From: Vitrella brassicaformis CCMP3155
Lineage: Eukaryota > Protista > Chromerida
Reading direction: 5' to 3'
DNA: 31,626 nt
NCBI GenBank assembly: GCA_001179505.1
Contig: CDMY01000679.1
Coordinates: 1 to 31,626, forward strand
Made by a program: the position numbers and the translations under genes. Below the pieces are notes generated by a model. It worked only from the letters and a program-made list of their open reading frames with translations. It did no database searches and was not told where the DNA came from. Positions 21,592-31,626 of this stretch are shown in pieces. Position 1 is the first letter of the stretch; every line of letters starts with the position of its first letter.

Positions 21592-23283
21592 CTATGACGG
21601 TGGCACGTCCTCGCCGCCGCCATTCCACCCCACTAATACCGTCGATTGCTCCTCTGCAGCAGCCCTCACCTACAACCAGACACATACACAGATGCTCGAA
21701 TGAAGGCACCCTCTGCTGACACTGCCCAGCTGCCGTGGTGCTGACCTTCATGGCGAGAAGCTCGAGCAGCCCCGATCCCTTGCTCATTTTGTCGAAGTCG
21801 ATGTGTGACGGCGGGTCCTCCTCGGGCAGCAGCAGGGTGTGCACTGGCTTGACGAGTCGGGAGGTGGAGGTGACGCAGCACGCCTCCCATAGGCCGTTCT
21901 TCGCTTCGCGAACTGAAGGCGTACGAAGGACCACTGGCCAGCTGAACAGCAGCCGGCACACACGTGATGTGTGGACGCGCGTATGGGCTTTCCCCATCTA
22001 GCTGTGTTTAGTGTTACCCTTCGTTGTGGGCGACATCGAAGATGACTTTTCTGACGGTGCCGGCGAGCACCATGTCCTCAGGGGCCGTCTCGATCACCAG
22101 ACCCTCGGGCGACCGACGAATGGCGAAAAAGTTACTCGACAAACCCTCGGCTGCATACACCAGAGCAGAGGCAGATGGAACACACTGATGCGCGACCCAC
22201 ACACGGGAGTGTTGTGCTGTGTGGGTGTTGTGTGGAGTGCTTGCTCACAGATGTGTCCGTGTTCGTCGCACATGACGACCTCGTTGCTGTCTGATGCCTT
22301 GGCCTCCTCCAGCTGCCGCCTATCCCTCACCCACTTGCTGTCCTTGGTGCTGGCATTCACACGGCCCCCACGACGGACCTCTGCCTGCGTACACAACACA
22401 CACGCAGTGGTGCGCACACCTACCTGTCCATTGTCTGTGTATCCGTGTGCACCTACCTGTACAGTCTGGCTGATGGGCGTCAGCTCCTCAATGTAGCAGT
22501 AGAGGTCGTAACCCTGAACCACACAGAGGCGGCATAGCACTCTCGCACAGCAGGGATGGATGAGGGATGAGACCTGTTCTGGCGGTGTCTGGTCATCGCT
22601 CTCGTCCCACGTCATCAGGGCAGTCAGCTGGTACTCTGTCGCCTCCTGACAATCAATAGTCAGTCCAAACACACCCACAGAGGGATGACAGAGCGTCCGT
22701 CAGCTCTTTGTGTCCGCGCGTTTCTCTCCTACTTTGCTTGCCGGGGGCTCGTTGACGAGGAAGGTCAGCCCCGCTGAAATGGTCTGGGCCAGCACGGGCC
22801 GGAGTTGCTCAAACGTCAACCTGCAGATGGGCAACACACAGACGCATGGAGGGATCGTACCGGATGTACTGCCTTGGTCATCTACCTTTTGAGGATGTCT
22901 TGCTTCTTCTGTGGCGTGAGCGTTTCGCTCTCCTTCACCAGAGATGTGCTCGAGTCACCTGCAGGCACACACATACATACACATGACACTGCAGCCCCTT
23001 CCCCCATCTCATCCTGTTCGCTTACACATCCTCTGGACGTGCATCTCGAACTCAAAGACAGCCCTCCCTCGCCGAACAGTGCGGGCCGTCGTGTACGCCC
23101 CTGCATCACAACGCACAATCGCACTACGCTGATCGGTGGATGAATGATGCAGTGCTGCTTAAACATACCTCTGGGCCATTTGGTCAGAAAGTCCCTCTTG
23201 GGGAAAGATGGCGTCGTGCAGAAGCCGTTGCGCACAAAGACAGCCAGGCGGTGATGGGAAGACTGAGGAGATGACGCATCCAT
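21592..23283 (-). CDS. PLP-dependent class IV aminotransferase family protein (BCAT / D-amino-acid transaminase / ADC-lyase fold), 10 exons
   Basis: All nine introns are phase-consistent. Motifs GAYTTART...FEFEMHVQRM, NASTKDSKWVRDR (candidate PLP lysine), DEHGHISEGLSSNFFAI, TAPEDMVLAGTVRKVI and WEACCVTSTSRLVKPV match the class IV pattern EG..SNfF...T....L.G.tR...EaF.tsT...v.PV. Stop TAG 21594-21592. An alternative start exists at 23424. Confidence 0.85.
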
Positions 23284-23377
23284 CGGCTGCGAAACCGGAG
23301 ATCTGACAAGGACACACTGGCGAGATGCAGCCTGGTGGTAGGCAGACTGTATCCTGTGGGCGAGTTCTTGAAGCGCT

Positions 23378-23455
23378 TGCGAGCTTAGATGTGGAGGAGG
23401 GGAATTCATCAGATCTCTCATCATGGACCACACAGCACCTCCCCCTACATCCCTG
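23378..23455. repeat. Copy A of an ~80-bp direct repeat upstream of the aminotransferase gene
   Basis: tgcgagcttagatgtgg...gaggggaattc...cagatct.tcat.atggaccacacagcacctccccct.catccctg, about 90% identical by eye to 24808-24888. Confidence 0.9.
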
Positions 23456-23972
23456 CACACAGCACCCCTTGTCATGACACGCTGTTGTTTGTCTGCACTT
23501 CGCACAGAAGCAGCAAGTCACCTCTATCTCTCTCTACAGTTGCAGCTGCCTGTTGGATGTGTCCCTCCCTCCCTGCCTGTCTGTCTGGCTGCATTTGCCC
23601 CCCATCGACCGACACACGTGACACACACATGACATGGATGTACGTCGTGTATGTGGTTCAGTTCATTCATTGGTAGTGCACCTGTGTCTGTCTGTCTGCC
23701 CGTAGCCACATGAGGCAGCAAGCAGAATAAATGGCCTCGCCCAAGCAGACAGGCAACACATATAAAATGCCGCACACTCCTTGCCGCATACCTGTCTGTT
23801 TATCAGTCAGTCAGTCAATCTACCTGTGACCTTTGCGAAGGAAAGCTATCCATCCAGCTAAGCTACACACACACGGGGTGAGTGCCTACACTACGGGGAA
23901 ACAAACCAGTAGTACAGTGACCATACATCCATCCAGACATCCAGACATACACAAAGAAATGCAACACGACTC

Positions 23973-24674
23973 TCAGAGGGGGAGGGAGGGCCTCTCTAGC
24001 TTGGTGGCTCTGAGGCTATGGTTGAGGCCCGTATTGTCCTTCCCCGAGAGGATACGCCGCACTGTCCTGCTGGCTACACACACACACACACACACAAAAT
24101 ACATGATGCTCATGATTATAATCTCGTCGCCTCACTCACACAGGCCGCTAGATTTGGTGCCCAGTTCCTTGGCGTGCTCCTTGATCTTCGCCGCACACTC
24201 CTTTTGTGTCCGACACCTCAGCTCGACCTCTCTGTACGTCGACTTGATGACGTATTTCTCCCGCTGCCTCTCGCCGACATTGCGTCGCTTCTTCTTGGCC
24301 TCGCCGACCTTCCGCCCCTTGATGGCTGGACGAGCCGGTTGCGGTGCCTGCCTGCCGGTGGTGGCACTCGGGGGCAGCTCACGTGAGCCGACGGGATCAT
24401 CAAGCGGCACCGGCGTGCCGATGACGATGGCACGCCAACTCGGGAGCGTCAGGAGAGGCCAGGGGAAGACAGCCGACGGCGAGGGCATCGACAGCAGGGC
24501 ACAGGACGGCATGAAAGGCGGCCAGAGAGGACTGGGAGCCGCTGGAGGCGGGGCGGTGTTGGAGTGGTGTGGAGAGGGCTGAGAGTGGGTGATGTCGTCA
24601 CCTTCCGATGCCGATGAGGACATAGGCAGGCCCACAGACACCAAAGCCGACGGAAAGCGGCCGGAAGAGTCCAT
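23973..24674 (-). CDS. Small basic protein, possible NUMOD1/HTH-like DNA-binding protein
   Basis: ORF MDSSGRF... with basic tract GRKVGEAKKKRRNVGERQREK. Intron 24074-24139 (GTGAGT...TGTAG, phase 1) joins KYVIKSTYREVELRCRTQKECAAKIKEHAKELGTKSSGL to SSRTVRRILSGKDNTG...PL* (TGA 23975-23973). There may be an additional in-frame intron at about 24541-24603. Confidence 0.6.
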
Positions 24675-24807
24675 CTTCGTCTTTTCCTGCGAGCTTAACG
24701 GCAGGAAAACGGCCAGAGTTCTCAGCTCCTGACGTCGAGGGGCCGCATGAGGCGGCCCTGTCGGCGATGAAGGTTTTCATCAAGGCCGATGCGCTTGCTG
24801 CGCCGAA

Positions 24808-24888
24808 TGCGAGCTTAGATGTGGTGACGAGGGGAATTCCAGCAGATCTTTCATGATGGACCACACAGCACCTCCCCCTGCATCCCTG
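24808..24888. repeat. Copy B of the ~80-bp direct repeat, upstream of the NUMOD1/HTH-like gene
   Basis: See copy A at 23378-23455. Same orientation. Confidence 0.9.
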
Positions 24889-25214
24889 AGACCAGATCCA
24901 GGCCCTCTACCAATGGACGCGTGCTCTGTTCCATCACCTGCGTACCAGAGACCAGCAAGGCGGCGTTTCAGGCACTTGTGCGCACTCTTGATGGTGTTGA
25001 TACGGATTGGAGGCGTCAGCGGCCTCCCAAGGCGGCCGCCTGTTAGTGCTGCCCTCAGCTGGCGAAGACGCGGTCGCCCACAAGACGCCAGAGATCCTTC
25101 CTTTGTGGTTCTGGACATCGTCAAGGTACACACATGCCGACGCACGTGCATTTGGCCGCGTGCAATGAGTTTGATTGCATTGCATGTTTGTGTGGTGTGC
25201 AGATCTTTGGTCGT

Positions 25215-25988
25215 ATGGCGGATTGGCAGGCGTGCGGTGACGCCATCAGCTGTGGCGCGAGTGAGTTTGTGCCTCTGAGTGAGGTGGGCAAGCCCAAGAA
25301 GTGGGAGCAGCTCTTCGGCGGGGGCAAGGGCATCAGGGCGAATGAGATGGACGAGGCTCACTTCAAGGCCACACTGTCCAAGCTGCCCTTCAGCTGGCCA
25401 CACACGGTGAGGACACGGCAGCAGCGAAGGCAATAACGGCAAATCGATCGACCTCTGTGTTTTGTTCCTGGCTGCACTGCAGGTCAACACGGGTCAGATG
25501 CCCGACAGAGGCCTCGTCCCTGTACCAGGTGGGCACGCACCGGCCGGAGCAGATTTCTTTTCACATGTGTGGGCTTTCTACCTGTTTGCTGCTGATCAGT
25601 TGCGCCTCGCGAGTTTGTCAAGGTGGTCAGACAGCTGGAGGGCACCAAGAGTGACGGCGTGGCATCGGCAGGCGGGAATGTGGCCCTCAAGGATGTCAAC
25701 CAGTGTGTGGGGGAGATGGCCATTGACGAGGATGCGATCCAGTGTGTGTTCGAGTCGATGCTGCAGGCCACCGGCAGCGCATCCCTCACACGGGAGGGCA
25801 TCGGCAAGGTCATCCAGCAATGGGCGCCGGCAGATGGTACGCATAGAATCACAGTCGCCCGGTGTTCATGTACATGCGCGTGTGTGTGTGTGTGTGTGTC
25901 ATGTTAATCAGGTCTTGTGGATTGGTACACGTTTGTTTACTTCTTGACGCGAGCACCCGAGGACGGGCTCAGCCCATACAACGACTGA
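25215..25988 (+). CDS. Small 4-exon protein with degenerate EF-hand/calmodulin-like C-terminal half
   Basis: Phase-consistent exons MADWQACGDAISC...SWPHT | VNTGQMPDRGLVPVP | VAPREFVKVVRQLEG...EDAIQCVFESML...WAPAD | GLVDWYTFVYFLTRAPEDGLSPYND* (TGA 25986-25988). ADGLVDWYTFVYFL resembles an EF-hand exit (DG.vd..eF). Canonical Ca-binding loops are not evident. Confidence 0.65.
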
Positions 25989-26409
25989 TTGACGGAGAGC
26001 GAAAAGATGGGTTGACTGCCCTCGTGTTGGCGTCGGCCGTCTACTGCCCTCGTGTTGGGTGCTGGTCGACGGACGACACGGCTGTTCTGTTGATACGCTG
26101 AGAAAGCTGCTTTGGGAATGGCTGCTCGCTGTGCGTGAGCCCTCCCGGACTTAATGAATGTGTACGATCCTGGTCCGGTCTGCTATGTACTGGATACGTC
26201 TACAATGAATTCGTACCATCATCACCCCCGGCACCCCCGACATCCAACAGCGGGCCATATGCATTGCAAATCAGCCGTCTTGTCCGGCAGTTGTACACAC
26301 ATCCTACTCATACACAGACTAGACATATATGTATGGTCAAACACAAAGCCAAGACACTGATGGGCGAATGGGTGTGTTCGACCCTCCTTCGCCTGTGTCC
26401 ATGAGTCAG

Positions 26410-29290
26410 TCACGTAGTCCCTGACACCCACACCCACATGGCGAGAGAAATGAGCGATATATACACACCCACATAGGGGAGGGAGGACCCATGCAGGGGG
26501 GCAGGGCCATGGGAGAGGGGGGCGGGGAGCTGCGATTGTCACCATATATATATGTAGGTCTGTCTGTCTGTCTGTCTCTGTATGTCTGAACACACTGGGC
26601 GATACATATGCGTCAAAAACAGCAGACACACCACTGTCAAAACGTAATGCAGACAGTGCGAAAAGGCATCGCACAGACAGGCGAACCACACGCTGACTTG
26701 ACTAGGCCGCACTTGTCTCTCTCTTGATTGACCGTGGAGCCTTCGGACACGCTGGAGCAGCCAGGTCAGGTGCCTCTCGACGTTGTGGCTGATGCGCACC
26801 AGCCGCTCCAGACAGCCAGCGTCATGGTTGATGCGCTTGATGTGCTCCTCAATCTCCTGACTGTCCCCCTGATCGCTGCATACACCACACACACAGATGT
26901 GGTGGGCATCCATCCATCCATCTGTGCCTCATTCTCTTCTCTCACATGAACTGCAGATCCATGAGGGTGAGATATTCCCTTTCGAGCTGCAACAGCAGAT
27001 CCATGAGGGGCAGATGCCAGCCGCGCCCAGCCCCGCCTTGCTCGCCATCCTCCTGCTGCTGCTGCTGCTGCTGTTGATGGTGATCACTGGTGTCTGCGGG
27101 CGACAGACTGGGCGGCGATGCTGACGGGCCGGACGGCATCATGCCCTGCTGCTGCTGCTGCTGCTGCACTTGCACGTTCTCCGAACACCTGGACACCCAC
27201 CCACCCACCCACAGACGAGCTATGTGGGAATGCACAGACCTCCATCCCCTCCTACTAGTTTTGGCTTACTCCTGCACGTCTGGCTGGAAGTGGCCATGCG
27301 GCTGCTCGGCTCCGCTGGGCCGTGCGAGTTCAGCAACGGCGCCCTGCAAGATGATGTGGAACTTTCGAGCACGGTCGGTCAGCTGCTCCAGGTGCTGCTC
27401 GACCCTCCAGCTTAACTCCGCAAGCCACTCCTGCCCGCTCAGGTCACGGTACTCCTTGATGTGCTGCTCCATCTCGCGCTGATCCGCCTCAGTGGCACAA
27501 CTTAATTCAGCACCCACACACACACAGACGTGACGGCCATCCATCCATCCATCCATCAGTGTCTCTCTCCCTCTCCGCTCACCAGAAGTGTAAACTCAAG
27601 GCGGTGTGGTACTCCTTCTCGAGCTCCCCATTGGACAGGTTCCGGAGCATGCCCTGGATCATCTCAACGCGCTCCTCGAGGGGCAGCTGGACGCAGAGAT
27701 GTCTGCGGGGGCCAGGCACTCGGGCGAGATGGTGGACGACGTTGTCGAGGACCAGATCCACATAACGAATCATCTTCTGAGTCCGCCAACTGATGCATGG
27801 GCCAAGCCAAAGACACACACGCACGGGCAGACCGACAGGTAGATGATCTCTTGCCGTCTTTCTTTGAGAACAGACAGATGCCGCAGACCTCGTAGTGAGG
27901 GTCTTGACCGCGCGGTATAGAGCTTCACTGGCACGAAGACATCGACAGCATGCCGTATGCGGGGCTTGTGTATGCGTGTGTGTGTGTCTGTGTGTCCTTA
28001 CACGTCGGCCTGAGGCTCTTTCTGGTAGGAGATATCACGACCCTCATACATACAGCCTTCACCCTCTGTCAAGTCCTGGGTCGACCGCAATCTGACACTG
28101 ACGCCGTGCTTCTCCAACGCGCTGACCGTCTCGATGATTCGCCTACAGACGCGCGCGCACACACATGCAGACACAGACACACCGCACGCACCATCTGCTC
28201 ATTCCTAATCCTCTCCATTGTGTTCCTTACTTGTGTAGCCGGTCTCTGTTGGCCACAGATGCCGGTATGGCTGGCGGATCCGTCGAAGATGAGGGCGACG
28301 ACAACGCGGGCGTGGAGTTACCTGGATGCAGGGAGCGCCATACACCACATTCAACATGACAGCAACAACACGTGAGCAAGCAGGTTCCGGTGGCCTACCG
28401 TCAGATGCGGTGCGCAACTTGTTGACGGCTGCATCCTTCCCCACCGGCCTGACCTGGCGCTTCTGCGCATGACACACCATGCCCGCCAGACAAAGTCGCT
28501 ATCGCTTGAGGCCTTCCCTCCCGTCGTGCTGTGCCTGACTGCCTGACCTGCATGGCGTAGATTTCGATGTCGTCAGCAGTGAAGTCCACACACCCCACCA
28601 GACTCTCCCACTTGCTGATGATGAAAGGATTGACGGCCATGGCGTCCCCCCAAGATTCTTCGGGGCATACCATCCTGGTCGTGTGCGGCCAGACGAAGTG
28701 ACAGACCCGACGGAGATCACCGGCCGGGCCAGTCACCGCCTCCCCGTCAGCAGGGGACACCACACCATCCCTCGCGAGAAGGCCATTTGTAGCGTAGCCC
28801 AGCCAGAGGCGGCCTCCCGCAATTGCCACACTGCCCGTCGGACGGCCGACCATCGCACAGCCGACCATGTCCACCACTGCGTCCTCTGGCCCTGCCAGCT
28901 CCACGATCCAGTCGTGCTGCGGCACCTCCACCGGCGTGATGCCCTCATCCTTTCTGGTGGAGAAGAAGGTCACGGGGCAGTTGATCTCAAACGTGGCAGG
29001 GTCACGTCCTGGACGGCTCTTGGCAAGGACCACCCCCCAACGCATCATGTGCTCGATCGACGTCGAGCAGCCCAACGGACTGCGATGCACTCGGAATGGA
29101 GACGTGGGGTGGTCGAGTAGACAAGCCAGTTTGTGGGTGTCGGTGCGTTTGACGACCAGCAGGAGGGGCGTGGCCTTGACGTCAAACTCGCTAAAGACTG
29201 TTCTGGGATACTTGTCCGCCTGCAGGAGTGTGCTGCCCTCGCCGACCTTGGCCATCATCGTCTCATGCGACCAGCCGTCACGACGCGCCC

Positions 29291-29322
<32 letters not shown>

Positions 29323-31303
29323 CACGATGTCGCTCTGCCGCACATGCCCTGTGTATATGTGTATATGTGTATGTGTGTATTGCTGTCTGTCTCACTTGTA
29401 GAGGAGGTGCGCGGAGGCCTTTCCTTCGCTCGCCACGCTGACGAGCTCTTTGAACTGCACCTCAGGCAATATCGGGGGAGCCACCTCGTCACTCCACACC
29501 TGCATGCGACCAGAACACAAACCAGACACACATCAGCAAACACTCTCACATCACGCTAGCTGCATGCTTAAGCCAACGCACCCGCCCGCTGACCTCATAG
29601 AATTCGATGCATCGAGCCCTTCCGAACGTCACACCGGTGCCTCTGAATGAGTCGGCGCCGTTCCGCAGCTGCGCCGTCCGCTGCTGCGTCTCCTCGGCAG
29701 ATGGGAGAAGGCACACCCGGCACTTCCGCATATCGTCGTCCTTGCCGACCCCCAGCCACAATCGCCCGCCGGCCAAGGCCACACGGCCCTTGACGGTCTC
29801 ATCGTTGGTGGCCTTGACGACGCCAGTGACGCCGCCGTGGACCCCTGCGGCGATGACGAAGTGGTCGTGCTGTCCGTCGTCCTCTGGCGGCACCTCGGTG
29901 GTGACGATGCGCTTCTCGCCAGCCTTCATGGTCATCCGGTGGAAGGTGACCTTGCGGCCGGTGAGCTGGGGAAATGTGCTGTCAGTGCGGAGGGGGAGGG
30001 GGCCGTCGATGTGACACAGGAGCCGCTGCGCGTCGTTCGTCTCGATGACCATCAGGCGCTCTCCCACACCACCACCACCACCACCACCCAGGTAGCTCAT
30101 GAGATCAGCGTACGACACGGCATCCTCCTTCCTAGGAAAACTCCTAAACACACACACACACACACACACATACACCCATTATTCTTCCCATTGTCCCCTT
30201 CCCTTGTCGTTGCCGTACGTGTGGCGGTGGCGGATGTTGTATGTCTTGCCCAGGACGCAGCGATAGGCCTGCTCGAAGACGCCGTACATCTCACACATGT
30301 CGGCCAGCCCCCTCGGGTCGTCCGAGAAGGGCGGATACGGCAGATCGCTGTCCTCGACGCCGCCGTCGCCCGACATCCGAATGCGCCGCGCCCAGTCGAC
30401 CACCCTGCAGACAGGACAGAGAGAGAGTCGCAGGCCGTTGTGGCTTGTGTGCTGCTGTCTGACGTGCGTACTTTTGGAAGTGTGTGACCCGCTTGTGGAA
30501 CTGCTCCACAGTCTCACCCGCACTCCGCGAATCAGTCGTGGAAAACCTGCACACACACACACAACACTGATGCCACCCTGCATGTGCCGCTGTGTCCTTC
30601 CCTCCCTCTGTCCCTCTGACTGACTGACTGACTGACCATTTGAATTGGTGGTCGAGCAGTTCGAAGTGCTCGAGCGTGGCGTCAGTGGTCGACACCGCAC
30701 ACACACACGTGCCGACGCCGCTGTCGGTGAAGATCATGGTCTTGACCTCACGGCCGCCCCTCCCGCCACAGTCGGCCTTGATGAAGGGTCCCACCAGCGC
30801 CATGAAGCCCGCCACGGCCGCTTTGCCCTCACTGCTCGGCGCCTTGTTGTCGGTGCTCATCAATGTGGGAGCGAGGAAGCGCAGGCGATAGTCAGGAAAA
30901 TCCGATCTAAGGAAGCTGCTGCCTGGCACACCACTCAACAGCCCAGCCAACCTGCCAACCAGAAGCACGCAGCGACAGACAGACAGACAGACAGACAGGC
31001 AGCTGTGAGTGATTGCCCTGCCCGCGTGTTTGTGTGCCGCTGTCTGCCCACTCACTGATGCACTCACCGGATGAAGAACTCGGGATCAGCGTCGATGAAT
31101 GGGACGTCATTGTCGTCGGTCAGCAGCCACATGGGGAAGCGGTGAAGCAGCACAGAGAGGCACGACTGCTGCCACTCGGAGCGAAGCAGTGCACCGACTG
31201 GGAAGCCAATGACGCGGCCGCCGACGTTGATCTTCATCTGTTGCTTCTCGCTGTCGTGGCTGCTGCTGCCTTCGGTGGCAGCGGTGGCCGGGCTGCTCTT
31301 CAT
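26410..31303 (-). CDS. BTB/POZ (KCTD/T1-type) + tandem TLDc-like domain protein, probably continuing into a Gln-rich helical-repeat C-terminus
   Basis: Exon 1 has MKINVGGRVIGF...LLTDDNDVPFIDADPEFF (KCTD-type BTB). A second BTB-like stretch follows. TLDc-like unit 1 (LMVIETNDAQRLLCHIDG...ALAGGRLWLG...IEFYEV) precedes unit 2 (LLYKARRDGWS...LLVVKRTDTHKLACLL...AIAGGRLWLG...FTADDIEIYAMQ). Phase-matched introns continue through 28480-26700. The final exon and stop (about 26410) are uncertain, and the gene could instead end at 28401. Confidence 0.7.
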
Positions 31304-31557
31304 GGTTGCTTCCGTCAGAGGAGTGGCGATGGGATAGAAAGACGATGCTGGTCACTCTTCAGAACACTCGAGCATCGAACGATGAGTATACTGCTGCCAT
31401 AAAATTCAATTCTTTTCGCTCCTCGGCGTATCGCTCTCAGGGCTAAGGTGAAACCGATGTGCAAGCTTTGTTTGGCTTTAAGGTAACGGAAAGCGAGCAG
31501 ATCGTTCAGTTGCTGGCTGTATCGCTTTGATAACGTGTCAGAAGTGCAAGTCGGTCC

Positions 31558-31577
31558 AGGGTTTAGGGTCTAGGGTT
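31558..31577 (-). promoter_or_regulatory. Telo-box-like triplet (minus strand aaccctagaccctaaaccct)
   Basis: Three degenerate CCCTAAA units about 255 bp upstream of ATG 31303. A regulatory role is inferred only. Confidence 0.4.
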
Positions 31578-31626
31578 CATAGACCGACGATCCACTGATC
31601 TGTGAGACAGGACGGCTGTTGAGTCT

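Noticed and set aside
26015-26058. 16-bp direct repeat actgccctcgtgttgg x2 downstream of the EF-hand-like gene
   Set aside because: Two copies with a 12-bp spacer. This is too few for an array and consistent with a local slippage duplication.
28683-30487. Plus-strand ORFs 28867-29559, 29607-30014 and 29837-30487
   Set aside because: Antisense shadows of the TLDc exons.
15459-31577. True telomere or chromosome-end signal
   Set aside because: Only three degenerate units at each site, with ordinary sequence on both sides.
1-31626. CRISPR array, rRNA, tRNA, intact transposase/integrase or viral genes
   Set aside because: No regularly spaced repeat-spacer structure, no cloverleaf or rRNA signature, and no intact catalytic motifs (DDE, YxDD, GIY-YIG, HNH) recognised by eye. 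A covariance-model or HMM scan would be needed to exclude them formally.

Overview
This is intron-rich eukaryotic nuclear DNA, GC-rich in exons, with short spliceosomal introns and (CA)n/(TG)n/(TGTC)n/(GGAT)n microsatellites. The gene families and architecture resemble the chromerid alveolate Vitrella brassicaformis; this is inferred from recalled family motifs and was not searched. Most ORF-track entries are intron read-throughs, antisense shadows or microsatellite artefacts, so genes were rebuilt by hand from phase-consistent splice chains. Apparently intact genes: a single-exon lineage-expanded hypothetical (11507-12586 +), an EFHB/CFAP21-like ciliary protein (12957-15274 -), a 10-exon class IV PLP aminotransferase-like gene (21592-23283 -), a small basic protein with a splice-assembled NUMOD1/HTH-like motif (23973-24674 -), a small degenerate EF-hand-like protein (25215-25988 +) and a large BTB + tandem TLDc gene (about 26410-31303 -). 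Interleaved are disrupted genes: a ~5.2 kb multi-exon hypothetical with frameshifts, three genes or fragments with F-box-like motifs, an orphan 3' duplicate of the aminotransferase gene and a decayed coding-like island at 17.1-18.6 kb. I found no rRNA, tRNA, CRISPR array or intact transposon. The most interesting signals are CA-5'/TG-3' self-complementary intron polarity, a possible birth-and-death cluster of F-box/BTB adaptors, the NUMOD1-like protein, telo-box triplets upstream of two genes and an ~80-bp element shared upstream of two unrelated neighbouring genes. I cannot claim a definite new system from sequence alone.
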